Part shown: one piece after another, positions 39,793 through 50,996 of the stretch | Layout of the letters: the number at the start of each line of letters is the position of its first letter | Position numbering within the stretch: position 1 is the stretch's first letter | Source: Candidatus Eiseniibacteriota bacterium | Lineage (GTDB): Bacteria; Eisenbacteria; RBG-16-71-46 | DNA: 64,000 bases | NCBI GenBank assembly: GCA_038231135.1 | Contig: JBBRLX010000003.1 | Span: 160,001 to 224,000, forward strand | Reading direction: 5' to 3' | Position numbers and translations under genes: made by a program | The notes under the pieces: generated by a model | The model's input: the letters and a program-made list of their open reading frames with translations, nothing else | Told to the model about the DNA's origin: nothing | Databases searched by the model: none

Positions 39793-39861
39793 ACGATAGC
39801 CCAGCATCCGGGTGCGCACCAGCGCCGGCCGCTGAACCGTCGCCCGGCACCGACGAACGGT
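39793..39861 (-). promoter_or_regulatory. Second LytTR-type repeat pair (ACCGTTCGTCG ... ACGGTTCAGCG, 21-bp period) plus -10 TATCGT upstream of pdxH
   Basis: 11-mers at 39851-39861 and 39830-39840 (1 and 2 mismatches to the first pair); -10 at 39798-39793; repeat-to--10 offset 32 nt here versus 33 nt in the first promoter. Confidence 0.68.
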
Positions 39862-39870
39862 TTTCCACGG

Positions 39871-39900
39871 TTGACAGCTTGGAATGCGTGGGTTAGCGAT
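39871..39900 (+). promoter_or_regulatory. Possible sigma70 promoter of the outer membrane protein gene
   Basis: Perfect TTGACA at 39871-39876; only a weak -10 (TAGCGA) at 17-nt spacing. Confidence 0.35.
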
Positions 39901-39959
39901 AGATGGCATTCGACAGGGTCCCTAAACAGGACTGCAGCTCATCATCACGGAGGAGAACC

Positions 39960-40586
39960 ATGAAGAAGTCATTGATGCTGGTGTTGCTTGCGTTGTCGTT
40001 GTCGGCTGCCGCGGCGTCCGCGTCGCCCGGCGAGTGGATCGGTGGAGTTCAGGGTGGCGTGCACATTCCATCGAGCGACTACGGGGATCGCGCGAAGGCC
40101 GGGTGGGTCGGCGGCGCTCTCCTGGACTACATGTTGTCCGACATGGTCGCCGTCGGCGCGCAGGTCGACTTCAACAGCACCAAGGCCAAAGACGAGTACG
40201 TCAATGCCGTAAATGTACTTATTGCCCCCGACCACGTAGATGACATCAAGCTCACGATTCTCAACTATGGCGTGCACGGCAACCTCTATTTCATGAGAGA
40301 GGGAATTGTGCGGCCATATGTCGCAGCAACCGTTGGAGCCTATACTTCAAAGATCAAGACGTCAGGTGGAACAGCTTCTGGTTCGACCGACAATCGCACC
40401 GTCATGGGTTTCGGGGGTGGCGTCGGCATCAAGTTTCAGTCTCCCGGAAATCCCGTCGGGTTCGGAATCGAAGGGACTTATCAGAAGGTTGGCGAGGCCT
40501 TCATCAAAGGGGGCATTGACGCCGACTTCATCAACGTCGTGGGCAAGGTTACGTTTTCGTTCTCAGACAAGTCCCAGGCTCACTGA
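39960..40586 (+). CDS. Outer membrane beta-barrel protein (small 8-stranded type)
   Basis: GGAGGAG RBS, MKKSL signal peptide, alternating amphipathic strands, RPYV, GFGGGVG, terminal VTFSF strand. Confidence 0.85.
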   Translation: MKKSLMLVLLALSLSAAAASASPGEWIGGVQGGVHIPSSDYGDRAKAGWVGGALLDYMLSDMVAVGAQVDFNSTKAKDEYVNAVNVLIAPDHVDDIKLTILNYGVHGNLYFMREGIVRPYVAATVGAYTSKIKTSGGTASGSTDNRTVMGFGGGVGIKFQSPGNPVGFGIEGTYQKVGEAFIKGGIDADFINVVGKVTFSFSDKSQAH

Positions 40587-40598
40587 AGTCTTGCATGC

Positions 40599-40640
40599 CA
40601 ACGGCCCGCTCGGAAGCTCTCTGAGCGGGCCGTTGATTTT
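40599..40640 (+). terminator. Rho-independent terminator between convergent genes
   Basis: CAACGGCCCGCTC (40599-40611) pairs perfectly with GAGCGGGCCGTTG (40623-40635), followed by ATTTT. Confidence 0.8.
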
Positions 40641-40661
40641 ACCGTTACTCGTTCCTGCAGC

Positions 40662-41045
40662 CTAGTTTCGAGTCCAGGTTTTCTGGACGGATGGCGCTTC
40701 ACCAACATGAGAGTTGAGCCGTCGCTCCAGCACAAGGGTGTCCCGCTCTTTCCGGAGAATGAGCATTTCCACCGACGTGTTTCGACTGATGGCGAGGGTC
40801 AGCATTCCATCTCCCTGGATCGAACCGACGATCGGAAGGGCATTCGCCATCCCCGAAATGGTCCGGGCATCTTCCTGATAGAGCTCCAAGATGCTGTCTG
40901 GGCCACTCGATCGCCACGTTCCCGTAAAAGGAAGCGCCCGCTCGCTCTCAGTGGGAGAGCGGCGGGCGATGTTGGTCTTCGTGTCGCAATTCGTGAAAAT
41001 CAGAATAGCCATTCCAATCATTGTAAGTCGTAAACCGCGGATCAC
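40662..41045 (-). CDS. Hypothetical exported protein, possible lipoprotein
   Basis: Hydrophobic N-terminus ending FTNC; FTGTWRS beta-rich body; 6 nt downstream of the PEGA gene. Confidence 0.55.
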   Translation of the reverse strand: MIRGLRLTMIGMAILIFTNCDTKTNIARRSPTESERALPFTGTWRSSGPDSILELYQEDARTISGMANALPIVGSIQGDGMLTLAISRNTSVEMLILRKERDTLVLERRLNSHVGEAPSVQKTWTRN

Positions 41046-41051
41046 GTCAGA

Positions 41052-41429
41052 TCAGCTTTTCTTTGTAACGAGATTCTGATTCACGACCTTCGCATCAAGG
41101 CGATACCATGAGCCGGTTGCTGCGTCGATGATGACCGGAACCAGCCCGCCAAGTATATCCAGAACAACCCAGCCCGCACCGACGGAATTGTTGATCGTGT
41201 ATGTGGCGTCCTCGAACCCCTCGTGTTTGAACGTGATTATGTGAGATTTCTTGTTCGAGAGGTCCAAAGACACCGGCGTGGTGCCCATCTTGTTCCCGTC
41301 CAGCCAAACTTCAGCTCCCGACGGAGTCGTTTGCATAGGCACCGCCGATGTCTTGCTCGCGAAAAGGGCGGCGCAGCTGTTTAGGCCCAACAACAACACG
41401 ACGAGTGCGGCGGCCATGAACGATCGCAT
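41052..41429 (-). CDS. PEGA-domain lipoprotein
   Basis: Lipobox LNSC; TTPSGAEVWLDGNKMGTTP; KHEGF; C-terminal hydrophobic hairpin with IIDAATGSWY. Confidence 0.85.
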   Translation of the reverse strand: MRSFMAAALVVLLLGLNSCAALFASKTSAVPMQTTPSGAEVWLDGNKMGTTPVSLDLSNKKSHIITFKHEGFEDATYTINNSVGAGWVVLDILGGLVPVIIDAATGSWYRLDAKVVNQNLVTKKS

Positions 41430-41583
41430 CGAGACCCCCCTTTTCCGACATCAAAGAGCGCGGCATTGGACTGCTGCCGTCAGGGGCACCTCAGTGGGGT
41501 GGGGTTCAGGATGTCTGATGCCCATGAGCAAGATACATCTAATTTGGATTGCAGCACCATCGTGAAGCGACGCATTGCCGCAG

Positions 41584-42768
41584 CTAGCGGTACGCCGGCA
41601 GTCCGGTGATCGACTCGCCCAGCACCAGCGTGTGGATGTTGTGCGTGCCCTCGTAGGTCTTGACCGACTCGAGGTTGCACATGTGGCGCATCACCGGGTA
41701 CTCGGCGGTGATGCCGTTGGCGCCCAGCACGTCGCGCGCGCGCCGCGCGATGTCGAGCGCGATCTCGCAGTTGTTGCGCTTGGCGAGCGAGATCTGCTCG
41801 GGCTTCACGGTGCCCCGCTCCTTGAGCCGGCCGAGCTGGACGCACAGCAACTGGGCCTTGGTAATCTCGGTCAGCATGTAGGCCAGCTCGGCCTGGATCA
41901 GCTGGTAGGAGCCGATCGGCTTGCCGAACATGATCCGGTTCTTCGAATACTCGGCCGCCGCGTGGAAGCACGCCATGGCGGCACCCACCACGCCAAACGC
42001 GATGCCGAACCGGGCCTGGGACAGGCACCCCAGCGGCCCCTTGAGCCCCGTCACGTTCGGCAGCAGGTTCGCCTCGGGCACGAACACGTCCTGGAGTATC
42101 AGCTCGCTCGTGACCGACGCGCGGAGCGAATGCTTGTGCTTCTGCTCGGGGGCCGTGAAGCCCTTCGTGCCCTTCTCGACCAGGAAGCCGCGGATCGACT
42201 CGCGGCCGCCCTCGACCGGCGCCTTCGCCCACACCACGGCGATGTCGGCGACGGTGCCGTTCGTGATCCACATCTTGGCGCCGTTGAGGACGTAGCCGCC
42301 GTCGACGGGTTTCGCGCGGGTGATCATGCCGGCGGGATCCGAGCCGAAGTCGGGTTCGGTGAGGCCGAAGCAGCCGATCGCCTCGCCGCGCGCCATGCGC
42401 GGCAGCCAGTGGCGCCGCTGCTCCTCGCTGCCGTAGGCGTAGATCGGATACATCGCGAGCGAACCCTGCACCGATGCGAACGAGCGCAGACCGGAATCGC
42501 CGCGCTCGAGCTCCTGCATCGCGAGTCCGTAGGCGGTCGCGGACACGCCGGCGCAGCCGTATTCCTCGGGCAGCGTCGCGCCCAAGAGCCCCATCCCCGC
42601 GATCTCGGGAATCACGTCGGCGGGGAAATACGCCTCTTCGTAGGCGCGCTCGACCACGGGCAGGTAGCGGTCCTCGACCCAGTCCCGCACGTGATCGCGA
42701 ATCTGGATCTCCTCCTCGTGCAGCAGGCTGTCGATGTCGTAGAAATCGACGCCGGTGAAGCGGGGCAT
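41584..42768 (-). CDS. gcdH: Acyl-CoA dehydrogenase, glutaryl-CoA dehydrogenase type
   Basis: ELERGDSGLRSFASVQGSL, GCFGLTEPDFGSDP, KMWITNG, SLRASVT, NLESVKTYEGT; AAGGAG RBS. Confidence 0.88.
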   Translation of the reverse strand: MPRFTGVDFYDIDSLLHEEEIQIRDHVRDWVEDRYLPVVERAYEEAYFPADVIPEIAGMGLLGATLPEEYGCAGVSATAYGLAMQELERGDSGLRSFASVQGSLAMYPIYAYGSEEQRRHWLPRMARGEAIGCFGLTEPDFGSDPAGMITRAKPVDGGYVLNGAKMWITNGTVADIAVVWAKAPVEGGRESIRGFLVEKGTKGFTAPEQKHKHSLRASVTSELILQDVFVPEANLLPNVTGLKGPLGCLSQARFGIAFGVVGAAMACFHAAAEYSKNRIMFGKPIGSYQLIQAELAYMLTEITKAQLLCVQLGRLKERGTVKPEQISLAKRNNCEIALDIARRARDVLGANGITAEYPVMRHMCNLESVKTYEGTHNIHTLVLGESITGLPAYR

Positions 42769-43024
42769 GCGGAACTCCTTGGGATTGGCGAGCGGAGGCC
42801 CCGCGCGGCGGACGCGCGGCAACCCGCTCTAGGCAAAGCGCGGCGAGTATAGGGACAGGCGCGGGCGCCCTCAAATCTCCGCGTGCGGCCTGCGCTCGCA
42901 GGAGCGTGACCGGCTCGCGATCGAGTGGTTCCGCGGTTACGTCCACGGCCATTGAACTGCCGGCGGTCTGCGCGTAGGCTCCGCGCTCCATGACTCGTGC
43001 CCAGCCTACCCGGGGAGGCCTGCC

Positions 43025-44743
43025 ATGCTGCGTTCTTCGTCCGCGGCGCGCCGCTGCGCGGCCGCAATGCTGCTCGTGAGCGTCACCGGTATTCCCGCGG
43101 ACGACGCGACCGCCGCGCGCGGCGTCGCGACCCGGTCCGTGGTGTGGGCTCCGCACGGCATGGTGTGCGCCGCGCAGCCGCTGGCCGTTCAGGCCGGGCT
43201 CGAGGTCCTGAAGCGCGGCGGCACCGCGGTGGACGCCGCGATCGCGACGAACGCCTGCCTGGGCTTGATGGAGCCGACCGCGAACGGCATGGGCGGCGAC
43301 CTGTTCGCGATCGTGTGGGATCCGAAGACGCACAAGCTCCATGGGCTCAACGCGTCGGGCCGCGCACCGCTCGCGCTCACGATCGACAAGGTGCCGCCGG
43401 ACTCGGACGGCACGATCCCGCTGTACTCGCCCTATACCTGGACGGTGCCGGGCTGCGTCGACGGCTGGTTCGAGCTGCATGCAAAGTTCGGCCGCCTGCC
43501 GATGACGGAGCTGCTGGCGCCGGCGGCGGACTACGCCGAGCACGGGTTCCCGTTGTCGCCGGTGATCGCGAGCGACTGGGGGCACTCGGTCGCCCGGTTC
43601 CAGGACTTCCCCGGCTTTCGCGAGGTGTTCATGCCCGGCGGCCGCGCGCCGCTCGAGGGCGAGCGGTTCCGCAATCCGGCGCTGGCGCGGACGCTGCGAC
43701 GGGTGGCGAGCGGCGGGCGCGACGCGTATTACCGCGGCCCGGTCGCCGACGCGCTGGTGAAGTACTCGAACGCGAATCACGGCTTTTTCGCGAAGGAGGA
43801 CTTCGCGCGGCACCATTCCACCTGGGACGACCCGATCTCGACGACGTACCACGGCATTGAACTGTGGGAGATGCCGCCCAACAGCCAGGGTCTCGCCGCG
43901 CTCCAGATGCTCAACATCCTCGAGAACTTCGACCTGAAGAAGCTGGGGCGCGGATCCGCGGACTACTGGCACGTGATGGTCGAGGCCAAGAAGCTGGCGT
44001 TCGCCGACCGCGCGCGCTACTACGCCGACCCCGCGTTCTCGAAGATCCCGATCGACCGGCTGCTGTCGAAGGACTATGCGAAGCAGCGCGCGAAGCTCAT
44101 CGACATGCAACACGCCGCCATCACGGATTCCCCCGGCGAGTTCGCGGCGCTGAACCGCCGCGAGACCACGTTCCTGTGCACGGCGGACTCGAGCGGCATG
44201 ATGGTGGCTTTGATCCAGAGCAACTACACGGGCTTCGGCTCGGGGTACGTCGTGCCGGAGCTGGGATTCGGCCTGCAGAATCGTGGTGCGCTGTTCTCGC
44301 TCGCGAAGGACCATCCGAACCGCCTCGAGCCCGGCAAGCGGCCGTTCCAGACGATCATCCCCGCGTTCGTGACGAAGGACGGCAAGCCGCTCATGGCGTT
44401 CGGGGTGATGGGTGGCGACATGCAGCCGCAGGGCCACTGCCAGGTGCTGGTGAACCTGATCGACCTGGGCATGAACCTGCAGGAGGCCGGCGACGCGCCG
44501 CGGTTCCATCACACCGGCTCGACGGAGCCGACGGGCACGGTCATGACCGATGGCGGAGTGCTCCACATCGAGCCGGGCGTGCCGGAGAGCGTGATCGCGG
44601 AGCTCAAGCGCCGCGGTCACCGGATCGAGTCCGAAGCGGTGGGGGCGTACGGCGGGTATCAGGCGATCTGGCGCGATCCGGTCACCGGGATGTATGCCGG
44701 GGCCACGGAAATGCGCAAGGACGGTTGCGCGCTGGGGTACTGA
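43025..44743 (+). CDS. ggt: Gamma-glutamyltransferase (exported)
   Basis: Signal-like N-terminus; [36 protein letters not shown] nucleophile, [17 protein letters not shown]. Confidence 0.93.
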   Translation: MLRSSSAARRCAAAMLLVSVTGIPADDATAARGVATRSVVWAPHGMVCAAQPLAVQAGLEVLKRGGTAVDAAIATNACLGLMEPTANGMGGDLFAIVWDPKTHKLHGLNASGRAPLALTIDKVPPDSDGTIPLYSPYTWTVPGCVDGWFELHAKFGRLPMTELLAPAADYAEHGFPLSPVIASDWGHSVARFQDFPGFREVFMPGGRAPLEGERFRNPALARTLRRVASGGRDAYYRGPVADALVKYSNANHGFFAKEDFARHHSTWDDPISTTYHGIELWEMPPNSQGLAALQMLNILENFDLKKLGRGSADYWHVMVEAKKLAFADRARYYADPAFSKIPIDRLLSKDYAKQRAKLIDMQHAAITDSPGEFAALNRRETTFLCTADSSGMMVALIQSNYTGFGSGYVVPELGFGLQNRGALFSLAKDHPNRLEPGKRPFQTIIPAFVTKDGKPLMAFGVMGGDMQPQGHCQVLVNLIDLGMNLQEAGDAPRFHHTGSTEPTGTVMTDGGVLHIEPGVPESVIAELKRRGHRIESEAVGAYGGYQAIWRDPVTGMYAGATEMRKDGCALGY

Positions 44744-44939
44744 CGGCACGGAGCACCATGGGCCGCTGCCATGGCCCCCGCGCCGCCGCGGGACCGCCTC
44801 GCGACGCGGGCGAACCCACGAATCGAGCCATGCGCAGAGCCGCCAGGAATGGTTGCCGCAGTGGTTTCGGCTCGGGTATTCTTGTGCGTTCGATGCGTGC
44901 GCTGCACCCCGTCCCCCCTTTTCCCTGGAGCGATCCACG

Positions 44940-47075
44940 ATGGCGGCCACCCGCACGACCCCGGCGGCTTCAGCGCGGAATCATGGCCTTACCTCCGACG
45001 ATCTGATCGGGCTGTACCGCACCATGCTGACATCCCGGAAGCTGGACGACGAGGAGATCCGGCTCAAGAAGCTGGACAAGACGTTCTTCCAGATATCGGG
45101 CGCCGGCCACGAGGCGGTGCTGGCGGCGGCCGGGAAGGTCATGCGCCCCGGGTACGACTGGTTCTACCCGTACTACCGCGATCGCGCCCTGTGCCTGCAG
45201 CTCGGGATGACGCCGCGCGAGATGCTGCTGTCGGCGGTGGCGTCGGCCGAGGACCCGAATTCGGGCGGCCGGCAGATGCCCAGCCACTGGGGCCACAAGC
45301 AGCTCAACATCGTGTCCCAGTCGAGCCCCACGGGCACCCAGTTCCTGCAGGCGGTCGGCGCGGCGGAGGCGCTCGTGAAGTACGCCGAGCTCAGCCCCCA
45401 GCACCCGGCGCTCGCCGGCAAGGTCCAGGGCGATGAAGTGGTGTACGTGTCGGCCGGGGACGGCACCACCAGCGAAGGCGAGTTCTGGGAGGCGCTCAAC
45501 ACCGCGTGCAATCTCAAGCTGCCGGTGCTGTTCCTCATCGAGGACAACGGGTATGCGATCTCGGTGCCGGTCGACGTGCAGACCGCGGGCGGGAACGTCG
45601 CGCAGCTCGTGCGCAACTTTCCCGATCTCAAGTGGGTCGGGGAGATCGACGGCAACGATCCCGTCGAATCGTATGGAATCCTGAAGGAGGCCGTCGAGTA
45701 CTGCCGCAGCCGCAAGGGTCCCGCGTTCGTGCGTGCGCTCGTCACGCGGCCGTACTCGCATTCGATGTCCGACGACGACAGCAAGTACAAGTCGAAGGCC
45801 GAACGCGACGCCGAGGCCGGCAAGGACTGCCTCAAGATGTTCGCGCGCCACCTGGTCGACGACGGCGTGCTCACGCAGGACGCGCTCGACACGCTGCACC
45901 TGCAAGTCGAGACCTCGGTGCGCGCGGCGGCGGAAGCCGCGCTGACGAGCTCGCAGCCGGCGCTGTCCACCGTCTCTGACTTCGTGTTCTCGCCCGACGT
46001 CGATCCGGCCTCCGACCGGTTCGCGACCGAGCCCCAGCCCGTCACCGGCTCCCAGCCCGAGACGATGCTCCAGAGCATCAACTACTGCCTGCGCGACGAG
46101 ATGCAGCGCGACGCGCACATCATCCTGTTCGGCGAGGACGTCGCGGACGCCTCGCACGAGGAGGTGCTCGGCGAGATCAAGGGCAAGGGCGGCGTGTTCG
46201 GCGTGACCTGGGGGCTGCAGAAGCAGTTCGGCGGCGCGCGCGTGTACAACTCGCCGCTGGCCGAGGCGAACATCGTGGGCCGCGCGATCGGGCTCGCGAC
46301 GCTCGGGTTCAAACCGGTCGTCGAGATCCAGTTCTTCGACTACATCTGGCCGGCGATGATGCAGATCCGCAACGAGCTGTGCTACATGCGGTACCGCTCG
46401 AACAACGCGTTCTCGTGCCCGGTCGTGATCCGGACCGCGTACGGTGGCTACCTGCGCGGCGGCGCCCCGTACCACAGCCAGTGCGGCGAGAGCATCTTCG
46501 CCCATTGCCCGGGGCTGCGCGTGGTGCTGCCCAGCCACGCGGCCGACGCGGTCGGGCTGATGCGCACCGCGGTGCGCTGCAACGATCCGGTGCTGTTCCT
46601 CGAACACAAGCACCTGTACCGGCAGCCCTACGCGAAGGCGCCGTATCCCGGCCCCGACTACATGCTGCCGTTCGGGCGTGCCCGTGTGGTGCGCGCGGGC
46701 ACCGACGTGACGGTGGTGACGTACGGCGCCATGGTGCAGCGCAGCTACCTCGCCGCGAACGAGCTGGCGGAGGAGGGCATCGAGACCGAGGTGCTGGACC
46801 TGCGCACCCTGCAGCCGCTCGACTTCGAGTCGGTGGCGCGGTCGGTGAAGAAGACCGGCCGCGTGATCGTGGCGCACGAGGACACGCTGTTCTGCGGCTA
46901 CGGCGGCGAAGTCGCGGCCCGCATCGCGTCCGAGTGCTTCATGGATCTCGACGCGCCGGTGCGGCGCGTCGCGGCGCTCGACACTCCGGTGGCCTATGCG
47001 CCGACGCTCGAGGACGTGATCCTGCCGCAGAAGGACACCATGCTGAAGGCGATTCGCGAGATCGCCGCGTTCTGA
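44940..47075 (+). CDS. Fused E1 alpha/beta subunit of a 2-oxoacid (branched-chain/pyruvate) dehydrogenase
   Basis: [34 protein letters not shown] (TPP), HSMSDD; beta half FGEDV, NSPLAE, EIQFFDY, HSQ, LEHK. Confidence 0.93.
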   Translation: MAATRTTPAASARNHGLTSDDLIGLYRTMLTSRKLDDEEIRLKKLDKTFFQISGAGHEAVLAAAGKVMRPGYDWFYPYYRDRALCLQLGMTPREMLLSAVASAEDPNSGGRQMPSHWGHKQLNIVSQSSPTGTQFLQAVGAAEALVKYAELSPQHPALAGKVQGDEVVYVSAGDGTTSEGEFWEALNTACNLKLPVLFLIEDNGYAISVPVDVQTAGGNVAQLVRNFPDLKWVGEIDGNDPVESYGILKEAVEYCRSRKGPAFVRALVTRPYSHSMSDDDSKYKSKAERDAEAGKDCLKMFARHLVDDGVLTQDALDTLHLQVETSVRAAAEAALTSSQPALSTVSDFVFSPDVDPASDRFATEPQPVTGSQPETMLQSINYCLRDEMQRDAHIILFGEDVADASHEEVLGEIKGKGGVFGVTWGLQKQFGGARVYNSPLAEANIVGRAIGLATLGFKPVVEIQFFDYIWPAMMQIRNELCYMRYRSNNAFSCPVVIRTAYGGYLRGGAPYHSQCGESIFAHCPGLRVVLPSHAADAVGLMRTAVRCNDPVLFLEHKHLYRQPYAKAPYPGPDYMLPFGRARVVRAGTDVTVVTYGAMVQRSYLAANELAEEGIETEVLDLRTLQPLDFESVARSVKKTGRVIVAHEDTLFCGYGGEVAARIASECFMDLDAPVRRVAALDTPVAYAPTLEDVILPQKDTMLKAIREIAAF

Positions 47076-47082
47076 CGTCCTC

Positions 47083-47700
47083 ATGGAGCGCGTCGGCATC
47101 CTGATCTTCGACGACGTCGAAGTCCTCGACTTCGCCGGTCCGTTCGAGGTGTTCTCGCGCACGCGCCTCGTGCCGGGCGCGGACTCGCGCCGCAGCCAGG
47201 CGGACGCCCCGTTCGACGTGTTCACCGTCGCCCGCACCCACGCGCCCGTCATCGCGACCGGCGGGCTGGTCGTCACGCCCACGTTCGCGTTCGCGGACGC
47301 GCCGCCCATCGACATCCTCGTCGTGCCCGGCGGGTTCGGCACGCGGCCGCTGCTCGACGACGCTCAGACGCTCGAGTGGATCGCCGCGCGCTCGTCCGCG
47401 GCCCGGCTCACGACCTCGGTGTGCACGGGCTCGCTGCTGCTCGCGAAGGCCGGGCTGCTCGAGGGCCGCCGCGCCACGACACACTGGGCGGCGCTCGACA
47501 CGCTCGCCATGCTCCACGATCCCGCGCTCGTCGAGCGCGAGCGGCGCGTGGTCGAGGACGTCGTGGTCACGTCAGCCGGTGTCGCCGCCGGCATTGACAT
47601 GGCGTTCCGCGTCGTCGAACGGCGCTGCGGCCGCGCGGTGGCCGAGGAGACGGCGCACTACATCGAATACCCGCTCGACCGCGCGAGTCATGTCCGCTGA
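47083..47700 (+). CDS. DJ-1/PfpI family protein
   Basis: [41 protein letters not shown]. Confidence 0.92.
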   Translation: MERVGILIFDDVEVLDFAGPFEVFSRTRLVPGADSRRSQADAPFDVFTVARTHAPVIATGGLVVTPTFAFADAPPIDILVVPGGFGTRPLLDDAQTLEWIAARSSAARLTTSVCTGSLLLAKAGLLEGRRATTHWAALDTLAMLHDPALVERERRVVEDVVVTSAGVAAGIDMAFRVVERRCGRAVAEETAHYIEYPLDRASHVR

Positions 47701-48505
47701 CGAGGAGACCGAGAACCCCGGGCCGGCGCCCGATGCCGCCGGCGTGCGGGAGTTCAACCGGCGGGCGTGGGACACGCTGGTGTCGCGCGGCAACCGCTGG
47801 ACCGTCCCGGTCGATGCCGCGACGATCGCCGCCGCGCGGCGCGGCGAATGGAGCATCGTGCTCACCCCGACCCGGCCGGTGCCGCGCGACTGGTTCCCGC
47901 CGCTCGCGGGACTCGACGTGCTGTGCCTCGCGTCGGGCGGCGGGCAGCAGGCGCCGATCCTCGCCGCCGCCGGCGCGCGCGTCACGGTGCTCGACAACTC
48001 GCCCGCCCAGCTCGCGCAGGACCGCCACGTCGCCGGGCGCGACGCCCTCGAGCTGCGCACCGTCGAGGGCGACATGGCGGATCTGAGCGGCTTCGCGGCG
48101 GCGACGTTCGGACTGGTGTTCCACCCGTGCTCGAACGTGTTCGTGCCCGACGTGCGGCCGGTGTGGCGCGAGGCGTTCCGGGTGCTGAGACCCGGCGGCG
48201 TGCTGCTCGCGGGGATCGTCCATCCGGTGCGGTTCATCTTCGACGAGGCACGCGCCGACCGCGGCGAGCTGGTGGTCCGCCACACGCTGCCGTACACGGA
48301 CCTCGGCAGTCTCGAGCCCGCGGAGTATCGCGAGTTCCTGGCCACGGGCGAGCCCCTGGCGTTCAGCCACTCGCTCGAAGACCAGCTCGGCGGCCAGCTC
48401 GAGGCCGGCTTCGTGCTCACCGCACTGTTCGAGGACACGGCACCCGACTCGGCCATGTCCCGCTACTTCCCGCCGTTCCTGGCGACGCGCGCGATCAAGC
48501 CCTGA
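47690..48505 (+). CDS. Class I SAM-dependent methyltransferase
   Basis: [44 protein letters not shown]. Confidence 0.9.
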   Translation: MSADEETENPGPAPDAAGVREFNRRAWDTLVSRGNRWTVPVDAATIAAARRGEWSIVLTPTRPVPRDWFPPLAGLDVLCLASGGGQQAPILAAAGARVTVLDNSPAQLAQDRHVAGRDALELRTVEGDMADLSGFAAATFGLVFHPCSNVFVPDVRPVWREAFRVLRPGGVLLAGIVHPVRFIFDEARADRGELVVRHTLPYTDLGSLEPAEYREFLATGEPLAFSHSLEDQLGGQLEAGFVLTALFEDTAPDSAMSRYFPPFLATRAIKP

Positions 48506-48666
48506 ACCGCCGCGTCCGCTTCGGAATCGCGCCTCCCCGTGGCATCATGAGGGTTCGCAGCCGCCGCGATTCGCCGCGGCGTTCGAGACCGGCACCGCAG
48601 GCGACGTTCGTCTAGTCCCGTGACCGCGAGGGCTCCGGAACCGGGCATTGGCAGGGGGAACTGGCT

Positions 48667-49626
48667 ATGGGGCGCATCTACGACAGCATTGCCGACACCA
48701 TCGGCCGCACGCCGCTCGTGCGCATGCAGCGCATGCAGCAGGGGTTGCAGGCGCAAGTCCTGCTCAAGCTCGAATCGTTCAATCCCATGTCGTCGGTGAA
48801 GGATCGCATCGGGTACTCGATGATCAAGGACGCGCTGGAACGCGGGACGATCCAACCCGGCGTCACCACGGTGATCGAGCCGACGTCCGGGAACACCGGC
48901 ATCGGGCTCGCGTTCATCTGCGCGACCCACGGCATTCCGCTCGTGATGGCGATGCCGGAAACGATGTCGGTCGAGCGCCGCAAGATCCTGCTGGCGTTCG
49001 GTGCGCGACTCGAGCTCACGGACGGCACCAAGGGCATGAAGGGCGCGATCGCCCGCGCCGAGGAGCTGAAGCAGGAGATCCCGAACTCGATCATCATCGG
49101 CCAGTTCGAGAACCCGGCGAATCCCAGGATCCACCGCGAGACCACCGCCGTCGAGATCTGGGACGACACCGACGGCAAGGTCGATGGGCTCGTCACCGGC
49201 GTCGGCACCGGGGGCACGATCACCGGCGTCGCAGAGGTCATCAAGGCGCGCAAGCCGTCGTTCCGGGCGATCGCGGTGGAGCCCAAGGATTCGCCCGTGT
49301 TGTCGGGCGGCGCTCCCGGGCCGCACAAGATCCAGGGCATCGGCGCGGGCTTCGTGCCGAAGATCCTGCGCGTCGATCTGATCGACGAGGTGGTGCAGGT
49401 CACGAACGACGACGCGTTCGCCGTCGCGCGCCGGTTGTGCCGTGAGGAGGGCGTGATGGTCGGCATCTCGTCGGGCGCCGTGGTGTGGGCCGCGATGGAA
49501 GTCGCGCGGCGGCCGGACATGGCGGGCAAGCTGCTCGTGGCCGTGTGCGCGGACCACGGCGAGCGGTATATGTCGACGCCGCTGTTCGACTACCCGCAGC
49601 CGGCCACCTTGGCCGGGAGCGTGTGA
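48667..49626 (+). CDS. cysK: Cysteine synthase A
   Basis: [57 protein letters not shown]. Confidence 0.96.
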   Translation: MGRIYDSIADTIGRTPLVRMQRMQQGLQAQVLLKLESFNPMSSVKDRIGYSMIKDALERGTIQPGVTTVIEPTSGNTGIGLAFICATHGIPLVMAMPETMSVERRKILLAFGARLELTDGTKGMKGAIARAEELKQEIPNSIIIGQFENPANPRIHRETTAVEIWDDTDGKVDGLVTGVGTGGTITGVAEVIKARKPSFRAIAVEPKDSPVLSGGAPGPHKIQGIGAGFVPKILRVDLIDEVVQVTNDDAFAVARRLCREEGVMVGISSGAVVWAAMEVARRPDMAGKLLVAVCADHGERYMSTPLFDYPQPATLAGSV

Positions 49627-49639
49627 TCGGGTCGCGGCG

Positions 49640-50404
49640 ATGCGTCTCGCGGAGGACATCCGCACCATCCGGGAGCAGGACCCCGCGGCCCGCGGCACGC
49701 TCGAGATCCTGCTGTGCTATCCGGGCCTGCACGTGCTGTGGATGTACCGCATCGCGCACCGGCTGTGGCGGCTCGGCGTGCCGGTGCTGCCGCGGTGGGT
49801 ATCGCACGTCGCGCGGTTTCTGACCGGCATCGAGATCCATCCCGGCGCGCGCATCGGACGGAAGGTGTTCATCGACCACGGCATGGGCGTCGTCATCGGG
49901 GAAACCGCCCAGGTGGGGGACGGCTGCGTGATCTACCAGGGTGTCACGCTGGGTGGGACGAGCCTCCACAAGGGCAAGCGGCACCCGACGATCGAGGCCT
50001 GCGTGGTGATCGGGGCAGGCGCAAGCGTGATGGGTAACATCGTGATCGGCCGCGAGTCGCGCATCGGCGCGGGCTCGGTGGTCGTCAAATCCGCGCCGCC
50101 CCGGTCCACGATCGTGGGCGTGCCGGGACGGATCGTGGGGGAGCGCGAGGTGTCGCAGCCGGACCTGGCGCGCGAGCCCGAAATGGATCACATGCCCGAC
50201 ACCACGGCGAAGACGATCACGGCGCTCCACGGCCACGTCCAGGAACTGGCGCGGCAACTCGCGGAGCTGCGGCAGCGTCCCGTCCTGGTCACGACGCCCG
50301 AGGGACTCACCGAGGCCGAGGTCGCGCACGCGTTCCGCGCCATGAGCGCGAGCGCGGGTGACGGAGACCCGAACGCGGTGTTCCTCGAGGGCGCCGGGAT
50401 CTGA
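49640..50404 (+). CDS. cysE: Serine O-acetyltransferase
   Basis: [46 protein letters not shown]-terminus FLEGAGI. Confidence 0.96.
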   Translation: MRLAEDIRTIREQDPAARGTLEILLCYPGLHVLWMYRIAHRLWRLGVPVLPRWVSHVARFLTGIEIHPGARIGRKVFIDHGMGVVIGETAQVGDGCVIYQGVTLGGTSLHKGKRHPTIEACVVIGAGASVMGNIVIGRESRIGAGSVVVKSAPPRSTIVGVPGRIVGEREVSQPDLAREPEMDHMPDTTAKTITALHGHVQELARQLAELRQRPVLVTTPEGLTEAEVAHAFRAMSASAGDGDPNAVFLEGAGI

Positions 50405-50635
50405 TTCCGGCGCATGAATTACACGATCCACCGCCCGCACGGCCTCCTCGTCGCCCGGCGGATACAAACCAGTGCGCTGCCCGGCTTGCGGTTGCAGCTG
50501 CGGACGCATCCGCGGCACACCGGTTGCTTTACTCCCTCGCGGTGCTTCAACGCGTGACTGTCTCGCGGACCATTCCCCCAGGTCCGTGAGGAAGGGTAGC
50601 GCGCGACGGCACGAAACCATGACGGGAGGATACCC

Positions 50636-50872
50636 ATGAAGCGGATGTCGAATTGGTTCAAGGGGCTGTCGGTCGCGCTCACATCGCTCGCGTGGACCGG
50701 GCTGGCGCTGGCTCAGACGGATCCGTCCTCGGGAACGACCAGCGGAACCACCACCACCACCACCACCAGCACGGCCTGGTACGGGAACTGGTGGGTATGG
50801 GCGGTCGGAGTGGCGGTGTTCCTGGTCGTGGTGATCGCACTGACGAATCGCGGCGGTCGCAGCAGCGCCTAG
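50636..50872 (+). CDS. Small exported, membrane-anchored Thr-rich protein
   Basis: GGGAGG RBS; signal peptide (ALA|Q); (ACC)7 at 50747-50767; WYGNWWVW TM helix; short basic tail. Confidence 0.8.
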   Translation: MKRMSNWFKGLSVALTSLAWTGLALAQTDPSSGTTSGTTTTTTTSTAWYGNWWVWAVGVAVFLVVVIALTNRGGRSSA

Positions 50873-50996
50873 CGGGCAGTCCTGTTGGAATACGCAACGC
50901 CGTTCGGGAGTCGACGAGCTACGGCACTTCGCGGTCCGCCGCAGTCGTCACGACCGGACGGCGTTCGTGTGTCCGCCTCCGCGCCGCGGCGCCGGC

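Noticed and set aside
44940..47075. E1 alpha/beta fusion without adjacent E2/E3 as a novelty
   Set aside because: Fused E1 proteins are already known in several bacterial phyla, and E2/E3 may be encoded elsewhere.
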